From Eledone cirrhosa (lineage: Eukaryota): a stretch of DNA of 64,000 nt. Below are positions 1 through 12,674 of this stretch, in pieces. The translations under genes were made by a program, and so were the position numbers. The notes under the pieces are model-generated. The model was not told where the DNA came from and searched no databases. It saw only the letters and a program-made list of their open reading frames with translations. The stretch is from NCBI GenBank assembly GCA_964016885.1, contig OZ024741.1:214086001-214150000 (forward strand), read 5' to 3'. How positions within the stretch are numbered: the stretch's first letter is position 1; each line of letters begins with the position of its first letter.

Positions 1-1260
1 GCGGTGGATGTAGTGCAGATTGTCATTAGGTTTCCTGTATGGGTAGTACAGGTCGTTTTCGAGGTCGAGGGTCACGTCCAGGAAGTTTACTCGGGTCAGG
101 GACGTTTGTAGGGTTATTTTAAATCCCCAGTCGCGGAAGAATCTGATTAATTGTTTCCGGACCCGATCTGTACAACTGGGGTTGTACCCTTTAAGGGTAA
201 GGAGCCCATCATCACGGTACAATCCACCACCGAATGCAGGAAACATATCAGTGAGTTTGGCTATTAGGAATAATCCTATAAGATCAGTGACCTCCGCCGA
301 ATCCGTGGCGCCCATGCTGACGTCGAAGGGTGAGTCGGGAGCTCTTTTTATCCATTTAGAGTCGTCAAAGAGTAAGACTGTCTTCCTGGCGTGGAGGATG
401 ATTTTTCTTTCCTGGTCGGTGATGGGCACGAGTGTTTCGGCGAAGTCCAAGGCGGCAGTAAGTAGCGGTAAGGTGATTGAAGCATAGTAGCTCTCTATGT
501 CGAACTGTATGAATTTAGTTTCTCGTTTATCCTCCATATTGCTGAACCAGGAGATTACTTCCTGGGTGTTGATCCATAGGCTAAGTCGGGTGTGTTGCTT
601 GACTTTTGGTATCACGCGGTCTAGGATTTTTTTGCTGATTCTCCCTATGTCGGACTTCGTTGGGTTAATAAGCCTGATAGAGGGTTTACGGTCAAAATCG
701 GATTTATGGTCCTTCAGTGTGAAGTATGGTGTCCGTGGGTCTAGAGGTTCCGTGCGGTCGGCGACCCCGAGGCTGGAGGTGATTTGTTGTCCATCTCGAT
801 TTATGTCCTCGATGCAAGAGTGGTTGGCCTTTTTATAGGTGGAGTTTAGGCTGCTCCTGATCAGTGTGTGGTATCTGTCAGGGTTGACAAAGTATAGGTT
901 CCCAGTTTTATCCGAATGCACCATGATGTCATTTGTGTTATCATACTCTGTTAAGTTGCTACGGAGTTTTTGTAGGAATCGGTTGTGTCTGGGTTTAAAT
1001 TTAATGTTCTTGACCAGTTGGAAGAGGTCATTCTCGAAGGGTGCGAGCAAGGGGTTCAGGGGCGGAGATTTGTAGGTAATAAATCCGAATCTCTCCTTGG
1101 TGCCGAAGTCTTGGTTGTCGCAATATCTGTCATAGAAAAAAGTTCTCCATCTAAGTCTTTTCGCAAATAGATCGATTTTTTGCGTGAGCATCCGAAGGTA
1201 AAGTTTTTTCGGTGGGATTGGGATGTTCTTGGTAGAGAAGTCAATGTTAAGTTTTCGCAT
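1..1260 (-). CDS. Penelope-like element ORF, reverse transcriptase (probably Hydra clade); 3' part lies outside the window
   Basis: Hand translation from ATG 1260 gives 420 codons with no stop: MRKLNIDFSTKNIPIPP..AKRLRWRTFF..PFENDLFQLVKNIKF..HSDKTGNLY..YFTLKDHKSDFDRKPSIRLINPTKSDIGRISK..FIQFDIESYYASI (motif A)..FDVSMGATDSAEV..GLYRDDGL (motif C)..VNFLDVTLDL..YYPYRKPND. Clade assignment is from recalled motifs only. Confidence 0.95.
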   Translation of the reverse strand, partial: MRKLNIDFSTKNIPIPPKKLYLRMLTQKIDLFAKRLRWRTFFYDRYCDNQDFGTKERFGFITYKSPPLNPLLAPFENDLFQLVKNIKFKPRHNRFLQKLRSNLTEYDNTNDIMVHSDKTGNLYFVNPDRYHTLIRSSLNSTYKKANHSCIEDINRDGQQITSSLGVADRTEPLDPRTPYFTLKDHKSDFDRKPSIRLINPTKSDIGRISKKILDRVIPKVKQHTRLSLWINTQEVISWFSNMEDKRETKFIQFDIESYYASITLPLLTAALDFAETLVPITDQERKIILHARKTVLLFDDSKWIKRAPDSPFDVSMGATDSAEVTDLIGLFLIAKLTDMFPAFGGGLYRDDGLLTLKGYNPSCTDRVRKQLIRFFRDWGFKITLQTSLTRVNFLDVTLDLENDLYYPYRKPNDNLHYIHR

Positions 1261-1445
1261 GGTGCGGGTGAAATGAATTGGGCTTAGCGGAAAAGTCTGG
1301 ATACGGCGTGGTAGGGTCGGAAAGTGCTCTACTACGAGAGTAGGAGCTAGATAACGAAGGAAATGTGGTAAGGAACCAGGTGGACCATAACGCACCAAAG
1401 TACTCAATACTTGAGGTAGTAGAGTGGGTAATAGGAACCAGTAGG

Positions 1446-1539
1446 ACCCCGACAGCTGAGCTCAAGCCGTTTCGACGGCTAATTCTGGACTAAATGAAAA
1501 TTTATCCTGGTATTTAAATAGCCGATCTTCTCAAGGGGT
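1446..1539 (-). ncRNA. Type I hammerhead ribozyme, U3:A8 core variant (copy sense to the RT ORF)
   Basis: Reverse complement of 2406-2499. Predicted cleavage is about 190 nt upstream of the ATG. Confidence 0.8.
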
Positions 1540-2405
1540 AATTCCATATATGGTCAAAGTGATTGTCAAAAATCAGTAGTAATTCTGTGGTTGCAAATTA
1601 GTAGGGGAGATGGTGGCTAAACCTGCCAGTAGGAGAAAGGGGGGAGGGGGTGGAGTAGACCCAATCAAGCGTTGGTAGTGCCAGCTACAGCTGGGCATGA
1701 GGTCAAAGAAGATACAGGGGAGGGGGAGGGGGAGGAAGTCGGAACGGTAGGTAGAACAATGGGGGGGAATATATAGAAAAGCAAATAAGTGTAAAGAAAA
1801 AAGTAAAGTAAATTAAATTCTACGACCTAGGTGTCAGGCTATTGAGGGTCTTCCTTGGCAAGCAGGGGTTACCCATTGCAAAATCGGCAAGTGGGGTGTT
1901 ATAGCCCTAGTCTACCCCCCCGGGTCATTATGGGGTTTGAGGGCGAGGTAAGTCCTACTGCATGTAAACATAGATTGCGTAGGACTTACCTCGCCCTCAA
2001 ACCCCATAATGACCCGGGGGGGGGGGGGGGTAGAATAGGGCTATAACACCCCACTTGCCGATTTTGCAATGGGTAACCCCTGCTTGCCAAGGAAGACCCT
2101 CAATAGCCTGACACCTAGGTCGTAGAATTTAATTTACTTTACTCTTTTCTTTACACTTATTTGCTTTTCTATATATTCCCCCCCATTGTTCTACCTACCG
2201 TTCCGACTTCCTCCCCCTCCCCCTCCCCTGTATCTTCTTTGACCTCATGCCCAGCTGTAGCTGGCACTACCAACGCTTGATTGGGTCTACTCCACCCCCT
2301 CCCCTCTTTCTCCTACTGGCAGGTTTAGCCACCATCTCCCCTACTAATTTGCAACCACAGAATTACTACTGATTTTTGACAATCACTTTGACCATATATG
2401 GAATT

Positions 2406-2499
2406 ACCCCTTGAGAAGATCGGCTATTTAAATACCAGGATAAATTTTCATTTAGTCCAGAATTAGCCGTCGAAACGGCTTGAGCTCAGCTGTCGGGGT
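2406..2499 (+). ncRNA. Type I hammerhead ribozyme, U3:A8 core variant
   Basis: Stem I ACCCC/GGGGT; core TTGAGAA; stem II GA(T)CGGCTA...TAGCCGTC; GAAA; stem III CGGCT/AGCTG; GTC cleavage triplet at 2492-2494. Confidence 0.8.
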
Positions 2500-2590
2500 C
2501 CTACTGGTTCCTATTACCCACTCTACTACCTCAAGTATTGAGTACTTTGGTGCGTTATGGTCCACCTGGTTCCTTACCACATTTCCTTCG

Positions 2591-2629
<39 letters not shown>

Positions 2630-2654
2630 CATCCATACATACATACATACAAAC

Positions 2655-2890
2655 ATAGGCATCTAATAACTGCATATACACATGTACAGATACAAAGCAT
2701 ATACACATGCACACATACAACTCAAAACATACACATCCACACATACAATAACATCCATATCTACACATGCATGCATACATACATATCTACCTAGTTGATG
2801 TGTAAATTCCAATGAGAGAGTCTTGTGTCTATGTTAGAAACCGACTCTCTATTGGTAGAACTTTGTGAAATTATAAAACCAGAAGAACAT
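2655..2890 (+). mobile_element. 3' UTR of an R4/Dong-like RLE LINE embedded in (CATA)n
   Basis: Matches the reverse complement of 19015-19255, where it follows an RLE C-terminus. (CATA)n lies on both sides. Confidence 0.7.
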
Positions 2891-2956
2891 ACATACATAC
2901 ATACATACATACATACATACATACATACATACATACATACATACATACATACATAC

Positions 2957-3385
2957 ATGGTGGCTGCCAACTCGTTTTCGAGTATGGCCACTACTTTATA
3001 TCCATGTAGGAGAACTCCTATGGATGCGCTGAACGAGTGTGACTTTTTAGTCCAGCCAGCGACTTGAAAACTCTGGTACAAACATTACACTTGTGACAAT
3101 TATTGACACATAGTGCTGGGCCCATGGTACCATGTGACGACAAGTGCAGAGAGATCTCCAGGCATAAAGCAATGCCTGTGCCGTGAAGCTTTTATAGTGA
3201 GCAAAGGCACTGCACAAAGCCAGTCCCACTCTCTTAACCAAGATGATATTTACCAAAAAGAAGAACAAGTCAACATCATTGGATACCATCAGAGTTGCAG
3301 GTGTTATATCAGAGTTTTCCTTCTCCTAGAATTCTGCCTTGACAAAGGCTAAGGGGTCATCTCTCCCGGTGATTTTGGATGGCCA
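2957..3385 (-). mobile_element. 3' end of an RTE-like LINE (C2H2 finger, short 3' UTR, (TATG)n tail)
   Basis: The minus frame reads CNVCTRVFKSLAGLKSHTRSAHP*, followed by a short UTR running into (TATG)n. A second copy is at 19523-19860. Confidence 0.65.
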
Positions 3386-3393
3386 TACATACA

Positions 3394-3422
<29 letters not shown>

Positions 3423-3424
<2 letters not shown>

Positions 3425-3570
3425 TTAACATAGAAATGGCTTCTACAGGAATAGAACTGATTTATTCGGGAGAAATTATCAGGAAAAAGCCATTTCTATA
3501 TTAAATATTTATACTCTGGTATGTATTGCGTACCTTACTTACTGTGGTTACCGCCGATTGAACCCGGGAT
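3423..3570. mobile_element. Fold-back PLE terminus, family 2 (inverted degenerate hammerhead plus sense 3' end)
   Basis: TAGAAATGGCTT...AAGCCATTTCTA inverted arms. Homologous to 35490-35604, 60850-61040 and 61085-61202. Confidence 0.7.
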
Positions 3571-3642
3571 ACACACTCACATATATAAATATATATATAT
3601 ATATATTTATATATTTATATATAAATATATATATATATATAA

Positions 3643-4047
3643 ATTTCTGAATTGATATGGAAGCTCAAACTTGAAAAGAGCCCGCACTCTCTGGTCTGGT
3701 CCGTGGTTAGAAAGGTTCCCCCGGACAGAGGCGGGTCTGGTATTTGCAACCTCTGTCTTAGCGAGACACTCGAGATTCTTCATGGCGGAACCAAGCTATT
3801 AAACAGAAGGGCCGACTTATTCGGTGCCTGCAGACACCTAAGGACGGGAACTTTCCTCAAGAGCTATATGGATAAACCCCCGTTACGGCCTCCCACAAGC
3901 CCCTCCCCTGTAGGTCCCCTACACCCCGTACCAATGACCAATGGACAACAACAACCACCCATAGTTTGTGGTCCTTATGGTGGATGGTCCACCGGATCCT
4001 CTACCGGTTAGGAGTCATCTAAACCACGTTTTATTGAACCTGATTTT
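3643..4047 (+). pseudogene. 5'-truncated PLE fragment: C-terminus of the GIY-YIG endonuclease
   Basis: ISELIWKLK..SLVWSVVRK..CNLCLSETLEI..LLNRRADLFGACRH matches the typical PLE EN tail (CxLCLxE...LLNxRxE...CRH). Flanked by (TA)n. Confidence 0.8.
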
Positions 4048-4362
4048 ATATATATATGTATATATATGTCATGTGTATATGTATATATATTTTATATGTG
4101 TATATATGTGTATTTTATATATATGTATGTATGTGTATGTATATATTTTATGTGTATGTGTATTTTATATATATATATATATGTATGTATGTTTTATGTG
4201 TTTATGTATATTGTGTATGTGTGTATCTTATGTATATATATATTTTTTATATTTTTGTATGTATATATTTTATATATATGTATGTTCTGTGTATATATGT
4301 ATATTTTTATATATATATATATATATATAAAAACAAATAACGAAACGAAATTATTACGTTTC

Positions 4363-4399
<37 letters not shown>

Positions 4400-4402
<3 letters not shown>

Positions 4403-5118
4403 ACTTGTGCGTACGGGCATGCATACATATATTCACACCTGTATGGATCTGTGTGTGTAGATGTGAGAGTGTCTGTGGGGGTAGGTGTGAGTGTATGTAC
4501 AAGTCAACCAGCCTAAACCTTTATTTCTAAATTTTCTAAACTATCTAAGTATTGGACTCTAACCATTATATTAAGTATTACCACCCCACATTTTGTATGT
4601 GTGGATGTGTGTGTGTGTCTGTGGAGGTGGGTGTGAGTGTACGTGCAAGCCAACCTAAGTAAGTCTTTTTATTTGTAAATTTTCTACTCCAACCATAAAT
4701 TTCAGTAGCACCACTCCACATACATTCCTCAATTTAAGAATGACACCTTAAGTGAATATATATCTGACCAGGAATGCCTTTTGTAAAAATCAGTCATATG
4801 GAACTATTGTCATCTTGCCTGACGGTTTGAACTTTACAACACCACCTGCCTCTTTGAGGTCAAATACCAACGCTACTACCATCTGCAAACTGACCAATGA
4901 AAATCAAGACAATTCCTGCTGACAACATTAAATTATTCCTAACAAGCTCATATGTCCCAAGGCTCTGATACCAATAACACTATAAACACAGAGCTGGCAT
5001 ATCTAAGAACTGACTAACTGCCTGATGAGGTCATAGCCATTCAATGACTATCATCGAAATATATATAGCAGTAAATAAAGGATTATGAGTTCATGCAATT
5101 GACTTATGTTTCGTCACT
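4400..5118 (+). mobile_element. Non-coding PLE 3' region with an internal duplication and a terminal hammerhead
   Basis: TA-flanked. 4470-4592 resembles 4615-4722. A hammerhead lies about 45 nt from the terminus. Confidence 0.5.
5017..5072 (+). ncRNA. Minimal type I hammerhead (PLE type)
   Basis: ACTGC-CTGATGA-GGTCAT..ATGACT..C-GAAA-TATATA-TA-GCAGT. Stem III is palindromic. Confidence 0.7.
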
Positions 5119-5128
5119 ATATATATAT

Positions 5129-5184
<56 letters not shown>

Positions 5185-5682
5185 AAATAAGTCCATAGAA
5201 TGATTAGATAAAATATATACAGTATTTCTTCTCCAAATCAGCATAATCAACCATACAAAAAATCATTTAAGTGAGGCTATAAGTTTAAAATATACCTATG
5301 AAGAAATAGTAGATGAATAAATGATAGCTTTTTATCCGCGATACACAGCCACAGAAAATTTACCTAGTATTTCTAATAGCCTGTAGAAATTGACTAGACA
5401 AATAGTTAACAATACATAATTAGGTACACAATCAAAGTTAGAAGAAAAAATATACATAAACATACCAAAATCATCAAAATATATCTCTATCCCTGGGGGT
5501 TTCATTCGCTTTTTGGATATATCCGATCTTGGATAAATCAATGAGTTTCGAAATCATCAGGAGACAAACTTAATCGGACAAACATTTTTCTTAAATGATC
5601 AATGTGAATGGTTGCCAAAAGCATATATATATATATATATATATGGCTCTGTCTAGTTTATGTGTATGTAAACTTCTAAATT

Positions 5683-5714
<32 letters not shown>

Positions 5715-5717
<3 letters not shown>

Positions 5718-5870
5718 ATGGGTTCACCCTAGAAACTAGTTAGACCATTACTCACCCGAGGACTCAATAATTGGGGTAGTAGTGTATGGTTATAAGAATG
5801 TGTCACGATTCCAGACCGGAACTAACTGTTGAAGCGGCAGGAGCACAGCCGTCGGGGCCCTGACCCATTA
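5715..5870. mobile_element. Diverged fold-back PLE terminus related to family 1
   Basis: TTGAAGCGGCAGGAGCACAGCCGTCGGGGCCC resembles the 3' half of the hammerhead. The minus-strand end carries ATTGAGTCC. TA-flanked. Confidence 0.5.
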
Positions 5871-5873
5871 CAC

Positions 5874-5925
<52 letters not shown>

Positions 5926-5937
5926 GTGTGTGTGTGC

Positions 5938-5996
<59 letters not shown>

Positions 5997-6077
5997 AGTA
6001 CCCCTCTGTTTTTTTCTCTAAAAATTATACATTAATAAACCCGGAGTTAGGGTTACGCATGCGTGAAATTTGAGAAA

Positions 6078-6153
6078 ATTGCCGCCCCGTCACAGGAATC
6101 GAGCACACAATCTGACAATGGGGAGTTCAGCATGTTACCTTCTAGACCACGCC
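6078..6153 (-). mobile_element. tRNA-derived SINE head
   Basis: Reverse complement GGCGTGGTCTAGAAGGTAAC (A box)...GCTCGATTCC (B box-like). Confidence 0.5.
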
Positions 6154-6227
6154 GTGTAACTTCAATAACTTATATCCTATAACTGCTAAATTAACGAGAA
6201 TCAAGGCTGGTCTATAGACTGAAGAAT

Positions 6228-6965
6228 TACAACAACAACATTAGTAAAACGACTAGAATCACAAAACCAATCACAACATCAACAACAACTACAGCAACAG
6301 CAATTACAGAAACAACAACCACAACAATAATAACCACAGCCACAACAACCACAACAACAATAACCATAGCCACAACAGTAACCACCACCACAACAATAAC
6401 CACAACAACAATAACTACAACAACAATGACAGCCGCAGCCACAACAACGACGACCACATTCCCAGCGACAACAGACACAAAAAAACGAAGACATCCCCAA
6501 CAATAACAAGAACAGCAACAACAACAACAACCAAATCACCAACAACGATCACAGTCACAACAGCAACAACAACAACAACAACCAAATCACCAACAGCGAT
6601 CACAGCAACAACAACAACAACCAAATCACCAGCAACGACCACATCCCCAACAACAACAACAACAACCACACCACCAACAACAATCACAGCCACAACAACT
6701 AGAACAACACCCCCCACCAATAACAACAACAACAACAACCACATCCCCAACAACAACAACCACACCACCAACAACAATCACAGCCACAACAGCAACGACA
6801 ACACCCCCACCAATAACAACAACAACAACAACAACAACAACCACATCCCCAACAATAACAAGAAGAGTAACAACAACAACAACTTAATCACCAATAACAA
6901 TCACTGCCACAACAAGAACGACCACATCCCCAACAACAACAGCAACAACAGACACATCAACAAGA
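6228..6965. repeat. Degenerate (ACA)n-based low-complexity tract
   Basis: ACA/CCA triplets with a recurring ACCACATCCCCAACA sub-unit. Confidence 0.9.
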
Positions 6966-7091
6966 GCAGGTTGAGTTGTCCCTGGCTGATGTAAGACAAG
7001 TTAGACATTAAGGCCAACAGAGAACTATTTACAAAGTCAGACAAGGAGACGAAATGTCTCAATAAATAAAACATACAAAAATTAACATTCT

Positions 7092-8560
<1,469 letters not shown>

Positions 8561-8994
8561 TGTGTGTTATAAATATTTATACCACTCTTTTTTTCATTGT
8601 CTAACAAATATACATAAATAAATCCGGGTCATAGGTTACGCATGCGTACATAGATATTTGTTATTTCTTGTGACTAGACATTCGTCTAATTTGCTCTATG
8701 GATGTTGGCCTGGCATCAACTCATTCAAGGTTTCACTAATATCCTTATCTATCGCGATGTACTATTCATGTTTCTTTACTGAACCAACTAAAAAATATGT
8801 CACGCAGTACCGGGCCAAACCCCGGGTGTGGGGCGACTATAGGACACGTTGATTGTTGACATATGCTTATAGATTTTGTGGGAGCCTATTCCCTTCAAAT
8901 TTTAGTGTTTTTACAACTCATAACTATGAAAGTTTAGCTATTTTGTTGGGTCTTTTAATGATAAGGGACCACAGTCCTGTTTTGTTTTTATTAT

Positions 8995-9318
8995 TAAAAT
9001 AAAGTACCGAGGTTAACTTTGCCTTTCATCCTTCCGGGGTCGATAAAATAAAGTACTAGTAATGCACTGGGTAATTGCTGGCCTTGTGCCAAAAGTAGAA
9101 ACAATTATTAAAATAAAGTACCGTTTTTATTATTAAAATAAAGTCCTGCCGAGGTTGACTTTGCCTTTCATCCTTACGGGGTCGATAAAATAAAGTACCA
9201 GTAATGCACTGGATAATTGCTGGTCTTGTGCCTAAAGTAGAAACAATTATTAAAATAAAGTACCAGTAATACACTGGGATAATTGCTGGCCTTGTGCCAA
9301 AAGTAGAAACAATTATTA
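8995..9318 (+). mobile_element. Tandem partial copies of SINE family A (central domain and tail)
   Basis: GAGGTTAACTTTGCCTTTCATCCTT.CGGGGTCGATAAAATAAAGTACCAGTAATGCACTGG..GGCCTTGTGCCAAAAGTAGAAACAATT repeated 2-3 times. Confidence 0.85.
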
Positions 9319-9319
9319 C

Positions 9320-9855
9320 AACTTACACCGATGTACATTTAGCTGGGCTTCTTCGAGGTTGCATCCTATAGGAGGTTTCTTGTGTGTTTTAATGTTAGGG
9401 GACCACTGTCCTAGCAGGTTTATATTGTTACATCTCACACCTATCTCGGTTTAGCTGGCCTTCTACGAGGTAGTATTTCAAAGGAGGTTTCTTGTGTGTT
9501 TTAATGATAGGGGACCACTGTTGTGTTTTTATTGTTACAGCTTACACTAATGCTTGTTTAGGGAGTCTTATATGGGGTTGTATCTCATAAGAGGTTTTGG
9601 GTGTTTTAACGATAGGGGACCACTCTCCTATCATATTTTTATTGTTACACATCACACCAATGCACATTTAGGTGGCCTCATTCGAAGTTGTATCTCGTAG
9701 GAAGTTTCTTGGGTGTTGTAATGATAGGGGCCCGCAGTCCTATCATGTTTATATAGTGTCAACTCTCAATAATGCTGGTTTAGGTGGCCTCCAACGAGGT
9801 TGCGTCGTGTAGGTGGTTTCTCTGTCATTTATTAATAGGGTGTTCCAGTCTATCA
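9320..9855 (+). repeat. Degenerate satellite, unit about 110 bp (family S)
   Basis: TTTAG(C/G)TGGCC recurs at about 9338, 9450, 9557, 9667 and 9779, each with TTTTAATGATAGGGG. Confidence 0.8.
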
Positions 9856-9865
9856 TAAAAAACAA

Positions 9866-9965
9866 CAACGTGAAATGCAGTGTTTTGCTCAAGAACAACG
9901 TACTCCCTGGTCCAGGAATTGAATCCACGAGCTTATATTCACCTAACCACTAGGCCATGCGACTT
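9866..9965 (-). mobile_element. SINE family B fragment
   Basis: CAACGTGAAATGCAGTGTTTTGCTCAAGAACA..GGAATTGAA..CTAACCACTAGGCCA. Confidence 0.7.
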
Positions 9966-10059
9966 CATACATTGCTCCAAGTTTTGTTACTTGTCAGTAC
10001 CTCATGTACACTGCATATATACCAGTAGCCCATACTTAAATCATATTCATTTACCACCG

Positions 10060-10192
10060 ATTTCTGTTCAAATTCTGCCGAGGCCAACTTTGACATTCAT
10101 CCTTCCAGGGTCGATAAAATAAAATACCAGTTAAATAATGGGGTTATTTTAATTGACGTTCCTCTTCCCGTGTGCCGAGTGTAGAAACTATT
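10060..10192 (+). mobile_element. SINE family A, diverged
   Basis: GTTCAAAT B box followed by CATCCTTCCAGGGTCGATAAAAT. Confidence 0.75.
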
Positions 10193-10242
10193 GTATCGAG
10201 TGGTATTTCAATGGAGGTTGTACAAACTAAATTGTTGAGTCT

Positions 10243-10549
10243 CAATAACAATAACAACGGCATAAATAACAATAAGAGCAACGACAACAACAATAATAAC
10301 TGTAATAACAACAACTATAGTCCCCAGGTCAAAAATTACCATAGCATTATCAACAGTAGCAATGACATCAGCAACAATAACAGCAATATCACCAATGACT
10401 GTCATAACAACACCAATAACAACAACAATAGCAACCAAGGCAAACATATCAACAATAGCACCAACAACAACATTAGCAACAATAACAGCAATGTCAACAA
10501 CAACAACAAAAATAACACTATCAACAGCAATAACAATATCAGCAACAAT

Positions 10550-10581
<32 letters not shown>

Positions 10582-10979
10582 TAACACTATCAACAGCAAT
10601 AACAATATCAGCAACAATAACAACAACAACATCAACAACAACAACAAAAATAACACTATCAACAGCAATAACAATATCAGCAACAATAACAACAACAATA
10701 TCAACAACAACAACAAAAATAACACTATCAACAGCAATAACAATATCAGCAACAATAACAACAACAACAACAGCAACAACAACAACAACGACGACGAGGA
10801 CGACAGCAATAACAGATACAGCAAATATCATTTGAAATAGGCGTTTTACCATTTTCTGCTGACTAAACTGGTTCTAAATATTGCATAGAATATTGATTCG
10901 TAAACCATTATTGCTATCTATATTTAATTTTTTTTTAAACTTTTACTTCATCAACAATAACAACAACAACAACAACAAC

Positions 10980-11048
<69 letters not shown>
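10243..11048. repeat. (AAC)n-derived tract with a 60-bp higher-order unit, plus (AAT)n
   Basis: AATAACACTATCAACAGCAATAACAATATCAGC recurs about every 60-70 bp over 10510-10760. Confidence 0.9.
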
Positions 11049-11049
<1 letters not shown>

Positions 11050-11150
11050 GCCGTTGTTTTTGTTGTTGGTTGTAACAGATTCCTCTCCATTTTATGGCTT
11101 TTCCCTCCCGCATCGTTCTCAACGCCGCCACAATCTTAAACGTGGTAGCG

Positions 11151-11182
<32 letters not shown>

Positions 11183-11575
11183 GGTGGTGGTGGTGGTGGT
11201 GGTGGTCGGTGTTGTTGCTCTTCTTCTTCTTGTTTTTTTTTCTCGTCGTCGTTATTGATCTACATTTTGTTATTGTTGTTACTGTTGCAATTGTTTTTTG
11301 CTTATTTTATTTGATACTGTTTTGTTATTTCTGTCATTTCGTTGCTGTTATTGTTATCGTTATGGCTAAATGACCCACCATTGTGATTGGGAATCACTGC
11401 CATAGTTTTGTTACTATTATTGCTTTAGCTGAAAGGTGATGCGTAAAGGCACGTGGAATGGTGTTTATGGGGTTGTTCGGCTCAAGATCTCATGGCCGTG
11501 GGTTCGCTTTCATGTCACGTTACACCAGCTTCACATACCTGAAAATAAATAAGGACTAACAAAGTTACCGAAGGT

Positions 11576-11825
11576 GGAGGAACGTGGCCTGGTGGTAAGT
11601 GTGTTGGAGTTAAGATCATAACGTCATGGGTTCGATTCCTGGATTGGGTTGTGTGTTGTGTTCTTGAGCAAAACATTTAATTTGACGTTGCTCCAGTATA
11701 CTCAGCGGAATATTAGCAGTAGCTGGGGGTTTAAACCTGCGATGGACTGACCTCGTATCTAGGGGGACGCCACGAAACCGGGATAAGCACCGGCCCGGTG
11801 AGCCTCAGGGGCTCGAGACAGATAT
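11576..11825 (+). mobile_element. SINE family B, near full length
   Basis: A box TGGCCTGGTGG, B box GGTTCGATTCC, then TGTGTTCTTGAGCAAAACATTT..GTTGCTCCAGT. Confidence 0.8.
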
Positions 11826-12012
11826 TGGATCTTTTTAGAAGGTTTGCAGTCTAGGAACTGTTATAAACTCCGGACCTCGTCCACCCCGTACAAGTATGGA
11901 AAACCCGGATGTAAAACAATGTCTATAAATGTAAATCACTCATCCGTGCTCAACAGGATATTCTAAAACATGATGCTATTAGTGTATTATTTATTATTGT
12001 TGCTGTACTTCT

Positions 12013-12285
12013 TGTTATTGTTGTAGTTTGTTATTGTTGTTGATGTTATTGTTGTAGTTGTTATTGTTGTAGTTGTTATTGTTGTAGTTGTTATTGTTGT
12101 AATTGTTATTGTTGTAATTGTTATTGTTGTAATTGTTATTGTTGTAATTGCCATTGTTGTAATTGTTATTGTTGTAATTGTTATTGTTGTAATTGTTATT
12201 GTTGTAATTGTTATTGTTGTAATTGTTATTGTTGTAATTGTTATTGTTGTAATTGTTATTGTTGTAATTGCTATTGTTGTAATTT
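12013..12285. repeat. 15-bp minisatellite (TTATTGTTGTAATTG)n
   Basis: Direct reading. Confidence 0.95.
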
Positions 12286-12582
12286 TTAATGGTATTTTTG
12301 TTACAGTCGTTTCGTAATTTTTGTTATTCTTGTTTATGTTGCAGTAGGTAATTTTGTTGGTGTTTAATTACGAGACCAGACTTGATTCTGAATCATTCTG
12401 CAAACATACGGTATATGATTTCCCTCCGTGGCCACCCAGGTTTATCATTGTATTCCAGACTTAGCTTATATATACATACATATCTTATGAAAACGTATGA
12501 AATACCATTGTACCTTTGAAATGTGTATAATAAAATATATACTTTGGTTATGATAATATTTCTCATTTATTAATATTTTGAA

Positions 12583-12674
<92 letters not shown>

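Larger units (their letters stand above)
1351..2594. mobile_element. Inverted pair of PLE pseudo-LTRs (arms 1351-1958 and 1979-2594, 20-nt spacer)
   Basis: The arms are reverse complements except for about 3 substitutions and a C7 vs G15 run. The right arm ends in (TA)n. The left arm continues into the RT ORF leader. Confidence 0.95.

Noticed and set aside
182-1244. Short ORFs listed in the track over the first 1.2 kb
   Set aside because: They are antisense or off-frame shadows of the real minus-strand RT ORF.
1430-1495. HDV-like ribozyme on the plus strand (hairpin followed by CTAA)
   Set aside because: No consistent P1/P2/P3 across copies. The opposite strand fits a hammerhead fully.
10172-10840. 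222-aa Asn-rich ORF
   Set aside because: Starts inside a SINE tail and consists of (AAC)n repeats.
11576-11645. tRNA genes (here and at other SINE heads)
   Set aside because: A and B boxes are present, but no cloverleaf was evident and each is followed by a SINE body.
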